From Paraglomus brasilianum (lineage: Eukaryota): a stretch of DNA of 43,092 bases. The DNA is taken from assembly GCA_910592345.1 (NCBI GenBank), contig CAJVPI010000200.1, positions 1 through 43,092 on the forward strand. Direction: 5' to 3'. Shown in pieces: positions 11,914 to 22,931 of the stretch (position 1 is the first letter of the stretch; each line of letters starts with the position of its first letter). A program made the position numbers and the translations under genes. The notes under the pieces were generated by a model. The model searched no databases. It had not been told where the DNA came from and was given only the letters and a program-made list of their open reading frames with translations.

Positions 11914-12554
11914 TTATTTATTGAGCAAACGATTAATAGCCATTTGTCGCCGAATGCTATTTGCTTCTTTTCTTCTCGTTCCGTACCAGTGATTTTTTAC
12001 GATTCGAGCGGTACGCCCGGGAATATGTGAAGCAATTACACTCCATTTAGGCCCATAATCGCAATACAAAAGATCAATCATGGCCCGTTCCTCGTCGTTA
12101 AGAGGATCGCTATTGACTGTGTATTAAACCATAATATATTATTAATATTAACAGCAAAAATAACAGACCAAATCAAGTATATTAATATTCAGATGACTCA
12201 CTTCCAGGGCGTGTCGCATTGTTCCACCTGAATATAAATAAATCGTCAAACAATGATTTCCCCAGTTAGATAGATTATCAGTAAAAAGCACTTATCTTGC
12301 CCAAAATGTAACTTACCGTTCGTAACATTGTTTTGGTGTTTTAGTAACCATATTTATTGATATTTTAATCCACACAGGACCTAGTTCATGATGAAGTTTA
12401 CGGAGAGCCTTGTCCTCCTGTGCAATATTATTAGAGATTAGCAAGTTATGTGAGCAGTGAGAATGAACGTTCGTTTACTGGTAAATATTATAATGGGTAT
12501 AGGTCTTACTTCCTTCGTCCAGTATTCTCTCCTTAGGGATTTACTGACAGACAT
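11914..12554 (-). CDS. small R2R3 Myb-domain protein, 124 aa (exons 12554-12510, 12417-12317, 12227-12202, 12116-11914)
   Basis: Spliced translation WTKEEDKAL...GPVWIKIS..TKTPKQCYERWNN..RPGINSDPLNDEE...YGPKWSVIASHIPGRTARIVKNHWY...MAINRLLNK*. All introns are GT-AG and in phase. Confidence 0.9.
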
Positions 12555-13614
12555 GTAACAAAGTAATATTCTCTCACTTGTGCAAAAGTTATTGTTTCTT
12601 CTCTATTAATCTTTTTAATCCCCCGGTTAAATGGTTATTTAATTACTAGTTGATACTACCGCCGTTGTCTTGCGCAAGGAAAATAGTAAACTATCCACTC
12701 GACGGACTTCGTTTTGTTGTCAGCTGTGGCGATAACAGTTCAACACACTTGGCAATGTTATCGAGTTATGAATTTATTTCCAAGTTACAACACTTGACAG
12801 TTTAGTCGCGGTAACGTAGTAAGACAGCTTACTGCTTTACAAATTAATAATAGTGAGAATGGAGTGCCTCGAGTTCAGTATCTTATTATAATTACTATTA
12901 TTTCTATTATTATTACTAAAAGTACGAACTTCTTTGGCTTTGGTAATCGTAGTTGTTTGTACAAAGGAGAAACATAGTAATAGGTAACGATTTAAATACT
13001 TTTTATTTTACCGGTATGCTCAGTCCTGAATTCTCCATAAAAGACTGGATTTCGGGATCGAGTCCGGCCCCGCCAAAAATGGATCATGGTATAGAATGCC
13101 CAAAATACCAATCAAGATGCCATACGGTTTTCGGTATAATCCGGAATTCACCATATGGAGTTTCGTCAAAGTTACCAAACCATATTCATATTTATAATCG
13201 ATGGAAGCAGAGCAAGACTGGGAATTCTACCTTTAATTACAATGGAACGTTGACGGAATTAAAGTCACAAGAGAAGTGCATATCCGCACTCCAATCTCCT
13301 TTTGATTTATACCAACAAACAGTTTTCCTTACTCAACCATACAAGTACACTATACCTATATTTGTTATTTAGCGGGCGTTGCGTAAATCTACGGAGTATT
13401 ACTCCCCGGTTAGCATGAATGCTTCTGTTCGACAAGCGAAATCCTGGTAACAATTTGTTCGAGCTCTTTCAGGCGGCTACTTGATCTGAAAGTCTTAGTA
13501 TAATGGTTCTTACCGTATTTAATTAAACAATCTCGGATGCCAATCAAGTCTTAAATCATTAAACGCACGATCCGTTTTAAGAAGAACTAGCTTAGGGATG
13601 TCAACGCTAGCATG

Positions 13615-13791
13615 TACACAGTGAAAGTCGATATAACGGACTGTTCGGGACCAGCGTTTTAGTCCGTAATATCGACGAGTCCGTAATATCGACTTGTGAG
13701 TTTTGTATCAGATATTATTTAGTAAACAAATTCCGTTCCAGAGAAAAAGTCCGTTTTATTGACGGTCCGTTATATCGACTTTCACTGTGTA
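13615..13791. mobile_element. MITE of the Tc1/mariner-pogo superfamily, 173 bp plus TA target-site duplication
   Basis: Perfect 27-bp inverted repeats including TA: TACACAGTGAAAGTCGATATAACGGAC (13615-13641) and GTCCGTTATATCGACTTTCACTGTGTA (13765-13791); internal GTCCGTAATATCGAC sub-repeats. Confidence 0.92.
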
Positions 13792-14471
13792 TTAGTATAG
13801 GCATTTGCACAGTAATAGGTATACGGCGCATTGTGATCAATTTTTGATTATTATCATTACGCGCACACGTATCGTAAAACGGCTAGCTAACTGGAATAAT
13901 AATAACGCTTGGAGTGTCAGTTGGTTAGTAAGTTTCTGATACTGAGACATTTTATTAGAAAAGAGATCAGCGCAGAATGTTTGATCTGTGTATCCACTAA
14001 TCTCGAATTATATTAGCCCTGGACCCCTTGCTTTACTAGTATATCAACTGTTAAAGATGTTCACAAGCATTATTTTCTTGGCGAAATTTGCCTTGGAGCA
14101 GCTAACCCTCTTGGTAAATACGAGCAGGAAAAAATAGCAAACGTATGTGGCTTTTTTGATTATCTTGAGGGGCGCATTTTATAGTATTGTCACATCACGG
14201 CTTATCACTAAAATAAAAAAGCCTTTTCGAACGAGGCTGTGCATGGCTGGTGCAAAAATTGCGACTATATTTAAGCCTTTTTCGTGTAAAAGAGATTGGG
14301 TTATTTTCAACGTGGAATTTTTGCATTCTCTGCCCACCTTGAAATTTGATAATAGCAACTTGTTCTCATCGCTCCGTTGACAGTTCATACAGTAATCAAC
14401 GTTACTACTTAGTTAACATCTTTTCTTAATATTTATCATCCCCTTAACTACCTCCTCCAAAGTTCGCCAAT

Positions 14472-15365
14472 ATGACAACAGTGAATCCCGATATGAAGGC
14501 CTGGTTTTTAGACGAAACCAGAGTCATAGACCAACGCATTGCAGAAATTCAAACCAACATAACTCGCATCAACGAGCTCCAAACCAATATCCTCACTGGT
14601 ACATCTAGCCAACAAGAAGCTACCAATGCACGTGAACGAGAATCGATAATGACACATACAAAGTCCATTTTGTTCGAAATTAAAGATAAAATCAAAGCAA
14701 TAGAACGCGAAAATGCTAGATTGCCACGAGATCATCCCGAACTCAATCTTCGCCGTCAAAGACATGCCCATCTTCGTGAGAAATTTACCAATGTTCTTGA
14801 AGAGTACCGTGGCATCGAAGAGGGTTATCGTCAAAAACAGAAGGAAAGAATGGCTCGTCAATATCGTGTGGCCAACCCCGACGCAACACAGACTGAAATT
14901 GACTCGTATCTTAATAATACATCTAATCAACCCATTTTCGCTACTAGTCTGGTTCGTACCAGTGATGCTCGGACAGCATTGGCAGAAGTGCAGAAACGAC
15001 ACGACGATATCAAACAGATAGAACAGACAATTGGAGAACTGGCTGATTTATTCAATGAGATGCAGTTGCTGGTCGAGGCGCAGGATGATGTATTGGTCAA
15101 CATTGAAGAGAACGTTGACGAGACGTTGATGAAGACGGAACAAGCGAACGAGCATTTAACTACTGCGACTATGAGTGCACTTGCTGCTAGGAAGAAAAAG
15201 TGGATTTGTCTAGGAATTTCACTTCTGGTTGCGATTATTGTTATTGCCATACTTGTGGTTTACCTCCATCCAAAAAATATTATTCCTAGCAATAGTGGTA
15301 ATACCTCCAATACTGTCACCGTAGTAAACACAGTGACCCCGACCCCGACTACGAGGCCGACGTGA
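14472..15365 (+). CDS. plasma-membrane-type syntaxin (Qa-SNARE, Sso1/Psy1-like), intronless
   Basis: Habc helices, RQYRVANPDAT motif, SNARE helix ALAEVQKRHDDIKQIEQTIGELADLF...EAQ...IEENV, then ARKKKW followed by a TM segment. Confidence 0.92.
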   Translation: MTTVNPDMKAWFLDETRVIDQRIAEIQTNITRINELQTNILTGTSSQQEATNARERESIMTHTKSILFEIKDKIKAIERENARLPRDHPELNLRRQRHAHLREKFTNVLEEYRGIEEGYRQKQKERMARQYRVANPDATQTEIDSYLNNTSNQPIFATSLVRTSDARTALAEVQKRHDDIKQIEQTIGELADLFNEMQLLVEAQDDVLVNIEENVDETLMKTEQANEHLTTATMSALAARKKKWICLGISLLVAIIVIAILVVYLHPKNIIPSNSGNTSNTVTVVNTVTPTPTTRPT

Positions 15366-15573
15366 ATGATGGCTTGAAGAAGTGAATCTGAATAAGAATT
15401 TATTTATTTTTTTGTACAGATGGAATTTTATTAGAACGTTGTATGTGCTAATTTATGTAAAATAAATTTTCCTTGTAAACTTGTGCGTGTTGGATCATGT
15501 GTAACATAGAAATAGATGAAATTTCCAGTAAAAAAAAAAATTCTTTGAATATTTTTATTTCTTTCCCGAGAGT

Positions 15574-16862
15574 ATGTCAGACGAAATTATTTGGCAAGTT
15601 ATAAATCAACAGTTCTGTTCATATAAAGTCAAGTAAATCATTTTCATGACCTTTTCTCGCTATAACCTTTACTCTCTATAACCTTATTCTAACGTAATAT
15701 TCGACCAATGCAATGGTGTTCCTGATCTGTTACGTTCCTCCCTCTCCAACAGAACCGAAACTCAAAACTTCTGTCGAAATACATATAATGTCACAGGCTT
15801 TTGTAATAGACAGTCGTGTCCGTTAGCGAACAGTCGGTATGCGACTATTCGTGAGCAAAAGGGTATTTCGATGCAATGATCGCCAAAGCAGTCGATTTTT
15901 TTTTGTTTTGTTATTCATAAGGCATTCGATTTCATGCTTTACAATAGGCATCATTTATTTATACGTAAAAACTCCTGAACGAGCACACACACCGGCAAAA
16001 TTATGGCAACGGATTAAATTATCTAAAAATTACCAGAAAGCTCTAGAAACCGTACGTATAATGTAACCAAACGACAATTCACACGCAAAAGCCTTAATTA
16101 CGACATTTTTATTTTCCAGATCGATAAAGAGTTGGAAGAGTGGCCAAATTTTTTAATACATAAATGCAAACAGCGCTTGACGAAAATTACCCAATATCTT
16201 ATCCGAATGAGAAAATTAAGGAAGAAAGAGGGGTACATGTTGTTCACGGGAGTACTGTTATATTAACAAGCTTTCGTACACTAAAAAGTCATTATCGTCA
16301 TGTAGGCCCCAGTTAATTCCTATAAAGAAAAAACTCGATCGTCGAGAGGCAACTCGTGAGCGTAAGGCAGAGGCAGCGGCAAGACTAAACAAGGCTGTTG
16401 AGAAAGAATTAATACACCGATTGAAATCAAGAGCGTATGGTGATGCTCCTCTAAACGTGAATGAGGACGTTTGGAGAAGTGTGCTCGAGGGAGATGAGGT
16501 TGCGGTTGAAGACGATATCACAAGCGAGAGCGAAGTAGAAGATCTGGTTGAGGTACGCCCATCACCCTCTTTTTTTTTTCTTCCAGTTGACGGGATTTTG
16601 ACATGAAATTGACAATATGTTTATATGGGTACTCCAGAATGAGCGTGAATTTGTGTCAGATGTTAGTGACGACGAATCAGTTGATGATATAGAAGATATG
16701 TTGAACAAGGTAATTCAATGACCGCTGTCTCGCTACAGTTATTATCGGAAAGGTCATGACTAATGATGATATGTCATTAATTTCAACTTTTAGATGTCTG
16801 AAGACGAAGTCGATGATGACGACGATATTATGACAGAATGTGTAGAATTAGAATACGAATAG
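15574..16862 (+). CDS. MAK16: ribosome biogenesis protein Mak16, multi-exon
   Basis: [51 protein letters not shown]...[13 protein letters not shown]...[18 protein letters not shown]; acidic tail ending VELEYE*. Confidence 0.95.
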
Positions 16863-16913
16863 TTCATTTACCGCATATAACATAGAACACAAAGATCTAT
16901 CTCAATTACAGCT

Positions 16914-18890
16914 CTACAACATCTGCCACATTATGAGGGCTAATAGTATCGCTAATCCAAACAAAAGAGTGATGACTGCCACTGCAAGGAAAGAGTTGCC
17001 TAATGACGCATACGGTATTAGCCATAATCAGTACCATACAAATAAACTCGTTTACGACTACGAAACTTACCTTGGCCGATAGTCTTTGGAATCACTACCA
17101 AATGTACACTGTCAATACTGCCGCTCACCAAGACTGACGATGAATGATTGAAAACTATGGTTGTCGGCGAAAAGCTGTGAACGTCTGAGAGTCTTAACAA
17201 GACCTAAAAGGAGGTTGCAACATCATTAAAAGCGCCAAGAAAAATTTTGGTTTTTCTTCAGTCAAGGAGAATAATACATACTCGAAGGTTTCTTGAATCA
17301 CAGATACCGACACTTAGATCGGATGATCCATATGCCAAATACTTTCCATCGTTACTGATGAAAATTTAGTATCAATCTATTATCTTTGTCGCCGCAATTG
17401 TCAGAACAAGCTGATAATGAAGTACTGTCTACCTTATAGCAAATGTAGTAATAGGTTTGCTTGCGACTGTCTTTGAAGCTACTTTATTCCATGTCTCAAT
17501 ATCCCATTTTACAATGAATGCTCTTCGACGGTTGGATGGATTCACAACTACATAGAGAAAGCCCGCGTACTCGCCTTGGCCGTAGCTAAAGATTGTGTGT
17601 TGTGAGCATGATTTCAGTTTGTCAACTGACTCTATGGCTTCGGTTGTCAGGAAAAAAGACAACAATCATAGCGATAATCTTATTCTCACCGGCAAGCCCT
17701 AAATTGTGCATCGACAGTCTTCTGAAACACAGGACGTTCGATCGTTTGAACAAGCTTTCCGTCCTCCGTCGCCCATACGCCCAAAGTCTTTTCAGACAAG
17801 GCCGTTATCTGGGTATAGCTTAGACTTAGAAAGATATAGGTGATATTCCTTTTTGTCACTCTTTATACAAAAAAATACCTGTTTTCCATCAGAACTAAAG
17901 TCAAGGTCATATATTGTCTCTTTGTTGTAGTTAATCGGAGGAAAGGCCGGGGCCAATGACGGATATTTGTATACAGTAAGCTGAGCCGAAGAAAAGAAAT
18001 ATCGCTCAATCTCGGTAAAAAAAAAACACATAATGTTTATGATTTCGGATCCATTCATTACCTTACTATCCGTCCCGCCCAAGGCCAGAAGTTTACCGTC
18101 TTTACTAAACCTAATTACTTTCTAGTCTCTGAAGAATCAATATCACAAGCAAGCCTATTGATAGGGTTCAAAATAAGATAGCAACAAGACCAACCAAATA
18201 GTCTTCAGGGTCTGTGCTTGACGATGTTTGTTTCTTGTCAACCAGATCAATTCTAAAAGGTTTATTGTTTTTAACATTTATTTATGAAATAAATTGGGCC
18301 TTAAATGGAACGTGATGTAGTATAAAGACAACTTACTTTTCGTTATAATAATTAAAAATTCGACAATTATAGTTTTCACCAGCCTTTATACTTTCTTCCG
18401 TGCCATTAATTCCACAAGCAACCACATTATCCTGGCCAGAAAAATCGGCATTTTAGATTCTTTTGCACGAAGGAGACGACGAGACTGGTTTTGGAATGAC
18501 TAATTTTATTTCACCTCTGGATGAATTGCCATACTCATTGGAGCATCTTCACCTTTCTCCAGTTTATATTCTGTCAATTGCTCGATTTTTTTCGCGGTTG
18601 GGTCAACCTTATAGAGTGCCTACATTACAGCCGTACTTAATATATAACATGTAGTGATAGGACTATATACAGTGTAAGCAGAAAATGCATCATACGAGCT
18701 TATTTTGCACTCCCGAGCTAGACTGGCCGCCCCCACCTCCGACCAAAAGTTCTCCCGCAGGATTAAACGCTATATCACGAAATAGTTGGATTAGGATCGA
18801 AAACTAAACAAAGCAGGGACTCTTTTGATCTTTACCTGTGCAATAAACGGGAAACCCGGCGCTCGCTGTAAAATGTTCAACTTTTGGCAT
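16914..18890 (-). CDS. SEC12: Sec12/PREB-like WD40 guanine-nucleotide exchange factor with C-terminal TM, multi-exon
   Basis: MPKVEHFTASAGFPVY...LLVGGGGGQSSSGVQNKL (Sec12 K-loop); WD repeats such as DLDFSSDGKQ and HSFSPTTIVF..SGSID; terminal hydrophobic helix. Confidence 0.85.
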
Positions 18891-19036
18891 TTTATTTATT
18901 TATGTTATAATCCAAAAGGCGAGTTGAATGCTCTGATCTGATAGTTTCACAATACTTTTAATACGTGAGAAATTAAATCCTACAAAGTTAAAAAAAAAAT
19001 TCCCAATTTTTTTTGCTTTTTGTAGAATTAATAATA

Positions 19037-20682
19037 ATGAAATCAAAAGTTGCCGAAATAGAGAAAGATATCATTATGGGAGACATAAGTGAGGAGGAAG
19101 AGGAGGAGGAAGTAGAGGAGGAGGAAGAAGTAGAAGAAGAAGAAGAGGAAGACGAAGACGAAGAAAACGAGGAAGAAGAAGAGGATCAATGGGAAGACAT
19201 AAACGATAGTGGGAGAGAAGAGGAAAAGGTCAAAGGAAAAAAGAGCTCTACTCAAAAAACAATTGATTCAGCAGCAGCAAAATCGTCAGTCACCTCTAAT
19301 ATTCCGGATCTTCAAGAAGAATTGTCTCTTGACGATCTAACAGGATCAGAAATGGACGAAGACATAATTCCAAAACAGAAGCTAACGATTAATAACAAAG
19401 TATGTTGCATTAACAACCAAAGCAAGAGAAAAAGTCTTTGCGAACCAAGGATGTATTGAATTGGTGAATGACAAACTCTTCAATGCAATTAATTAGACTG
19501 CACTGAAAGAACTTTATAAAGAAATAAAACTTGACGTCCCATGGATCGAGACACAAGCCGTTACTTCAGAGGATCCGATTCAAATTAAGGACGCAAATAA
19601 TGACATGGAGCGCGAGCTTGCATTGTAAGTATGTAATGCACTGTTCTAACTTCTCCCTCTCCTCTCTGCCTTTTAATAAAATACTACTCTCTTTTTTTGA
19701 AAAGCTACAAGCAAGCTCTTCAGTCAGCTATAACTGCTCGATCTCTCTTTCAATCCCTCTCTGTCCCATTTTCCCGTCCTTCCGACTATTTTGCCGAAAT
19801 GGTAAAATCCGACGAACTCATGTCACGCGTACGACAACGACTTCTTGATGAAGATGCACAAATTAAAGCTAGCGAACAGGCCCGAAAACAAAGGGAGTCA
19901 AAGAAGTTTGGAAAGAAAGTACAGTTTGAAAAATTACAGGAGCGACAAAAGAAGAAGAGCGAGGAACTAGAAAAAATAAAAACAATGAAAAAGAGTGAGT
20001 GTCGAAAGTCATGCAAGGAATTTGATTTCGAAGGAAAAAAAAAAAAGAACATGATCGAAAATGGAGAAACTAAATAAATCTTGCGCATCGTTTCGTCGAC
20101 TTTTAGAGAGGAAAGGAATAGAGGATACGGCAATAGATGATGATTTTGAAATTGCGTTGGAAGAAGCCGCGAGAGAGGATCGACCAGTGAAGAGACAGAA
20201 GATTGGAAAAAGTGCAAAGCGAAGTAAAAAGGTATGAGTGACGTTTGGATATACAGCAATAGCACACTTGGATGTATACAGTCGACGTGGTTACCGTTAA
20301 TCAAGTTGTCGACCTGGATGTCATCGAGAGCAAGCCAAACCGTTTAGTTCCTCTATCGAAGAAGGCTATTTGCCATGTTCACATCTTACAAATGGTGTAA
20401 CTGTATCATCTTCGTTCTGTAGGATGCCAAATTCGGCTTTGGTGGAAAGAAGAGATACGCAAAATCTAATACAGCACAGTCAACAGCCGATATATCAGAC
20501 TTCAATCCACGGGCTATGAAGGGCGGCTGGGGAGTAAGTGTGAACATTTAGTTTCGCGTATTTTTGCTAGTGCATTTCGATTTTAACACGCACAAATCGA
20601 CGTTCAGGAAAAGAAGAAGCCTAAGAATTATCGATTTGGAAAGACACGGAGACAAACCATGAAGAATCGAAAACGAGGTTGA
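19037..20682 (+). CDS. EBP2: rRNA-processing protein Ebp2, multi-exon, with an acidic E-rich N-terminus
   Basis: KLTINN, WIET...NDMERELA, YKQAL...PFSRPSDYFAEMVKSDELM..VRQRLL, KKFGKKVQ, DAKFGFGGKKR..KSN motifs. Confidence 0.95.
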
Positions 20683-21751
20683 GGCCTGTATCCAGTTCTA
20701 ATAGCAGATACTGACAGAACATCAGAGTTGTTAATAAAAGCGAGCGAATTACTTCCAGTTTTGGTCTGTGTAGTATATGCTAATCTTCTCGTGGCTTAAC
20801 ATAGAATTTCTGCTCGCCCGTGGCATATCCAACACTATCCCCAAAATCCATTTTACCATTTCCGTCAATATTATGGTATTCGGCGTTCCGGGTTTTGGTC
20901 CACATTACGTCACGTTTTGTAGGATGCTCCACGCCCTAAAATTTTATCACGACTCTAGCGCGCTTCAACTCTGCGACTATATAATGCGATATTAGTAAAT
21001 TAGGCACAAAGTGCCCTGTTCCGCAGAATTAATCTGAACAACCCGAAATTAATAGGGATTACAGATCTAAATGAATTAGAAGTCGGAGTATAGCGATAGC
21101 TCGTGATCGGCAATTCCGGATCAGCGATATAACGATATAACGATTGATAAAAAATTCTAATTCTTGAACAAAATTAATTAACGCTCTAGGGAGGGGCATA
21201 ACTCGTATAGCAATATATCATGTGGGTAATATGTAATAATAACAACCCCTTTCTTCAATCGTAGATCAGATTACAGAAACCTCATCTAACACGATGATTT
21301 TAATTAGTCACACGGCCTGATTGGTGTGCCGTATTGGGTCGTTAATTAAGCTGTGTTTAGTACAAGTTAAAGTGATTCAATCACTTCCCAACTTCCCTAC
21401 CAGCTCATCTAAAAGGAAACCATAACCGATTTTACTTTTCTCCGATTTTCTCGTTTGCATAAATTGTGATTTAACAAGACAAGCTGGATAATCAATCTCT
21501 TTACAATATTTTCTCGTATGTCTTGATCGACATATCGCCTTGTTGACTTGATTCCGATTTTTCGTCATTGCTGATATCTTTATTTTGATTTGACATTGTG
21601 TCAGTATATTTAAATGCTTTGAAAAAAATAATTCGGTCGCGGTTAAACTCGTGATGGGTAACGTTTCACAGAAACTCGTGCACATTCCATGATTAACAAA
21701 ATGCGCGTGCGACTTTTACGAAAGGCGATGACTGATATAAATAATAATTCA

Positions 21752-22545
21752 TTATGGAGGGGGATTTACAATGATAATGACAACAATATTTCTTTCAATA
21801 TCCTCGGGTTTAAATTCTTTTAAAAAGTTCTCCTCTGGTTCCATAAGATTGTGCGGGACATCGAGATAAAGACCAATGTCATCGTCATCGTTCAATCGGG
21901 TGGCTAGTTTGTTTTTGACTCTTTGTTTGACTTTGCTGACTTTTTCTTGCCAGGGAATTTCGATCGTGAAAGCTTTGTCATCTGGATCGTCATGAACTTT
22001 AAACTTGGTTGTAAGGATATTGGGTTTCTCAGAGCTGGACATTTTACGTTTTCGTCTCAAGAGAGAGCACTCTGCATGTAATATATTAATTCATAGTAAG
22101 CAATGAAAAAGACCTTGTCCGAGTCCTCCTGGGTGAGACACATACCTGTTGCTACACGGGAAGTAAAGTTTCCTTAAAAATCGTGGAGTTGGAAATCAAT
22201 GATTCAAAGTAGAGCCTCAGAAAACTCCACTTTATTTATAGACTGCATCAGTGCCATTTCTCCCGAAATAAGCAATGCTTCATTCAACTTAGAATGGGCT
22301 TGTAATCCCATAAAGAGATGGGAAGCATATTATTATCACAAAAATATTGCGTCATTCATTCATATACCAAAACTCATGATTCTGAAAATCGGTAGAAACA
22401 TTACCTCTTAAAGCCTGTAAATATTGCACAAGTTTTTGGGAGTTTTGGTTGATGATCTCAGTGCGGAAAACGCAAAGCCGATCTCGGCCTGAGTTTCCAC
22501 TTCCTGTGTTTTTGCTAACGGCCCACAACTCTTATCTCATAACAT
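21752..22545 (-). pseudogene. degraded spliced gene whose last exon encodes a Crinkler N-terminal ubiquitin-like domain
   Basis: 21752-22060 reads FKVHDDPDDKAFTIEIPWQEKVSKVKQRVKNK...IGLYL...VVIIIVNPPP*, matching the CRN header pattern (AFxIEI...V..LK..I, LxLx, terminal HIIVxPP). Upstream putative exons contain in-frame stops. Confidence 0.5.
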
Positions 22546-22931
22546 TTGGGGAATGATCTATGAAAATGGGTAGTTGGTGATTTGGGGTGCAAATTTAGTT
22601 TTTCGGTAGCATCTCAATTCTGTACCCTAATCCTTGCCGATCATCATAACGATAACAATAATAAGGCCGCTTAGATTTTGAGGTGACATGTAAAATGGGG
22701 ATGATTACCATAAAACGGCCCAATTTCTTTGAAGATGATACATTTTTTGATGCAGTTGTTAGTTTATAGTAAAAATTTATCATAGATGTGCTGTTGACTG
22801 TAAGGGGAACCACTGTAGTTAATAGTATGCTACGTACATTATTGGTCAGGCCCAAGAATTAGGTCAGATGACTTTGAATCATCATTTAAAAACCAACATG
22901 TGACATTTATAAGCCTTGAAGTCGCGTTAAA

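Noticed and set aside
13050..13076. tRNA-like 3' end (GGGATCGAGTCCGGCCCCGCCA)
   Set aside because: No complementary acceptor 5' strand or D/anticodon arms upstream.
14508..15250. Antisense and alternate-frame ORFs over the syntaxin (similarly over EBP2, ADE8, CSN1 and the final kinase-like gene)
   Set aside because: Shadow ORFs of real genes with no protein-like motifs.
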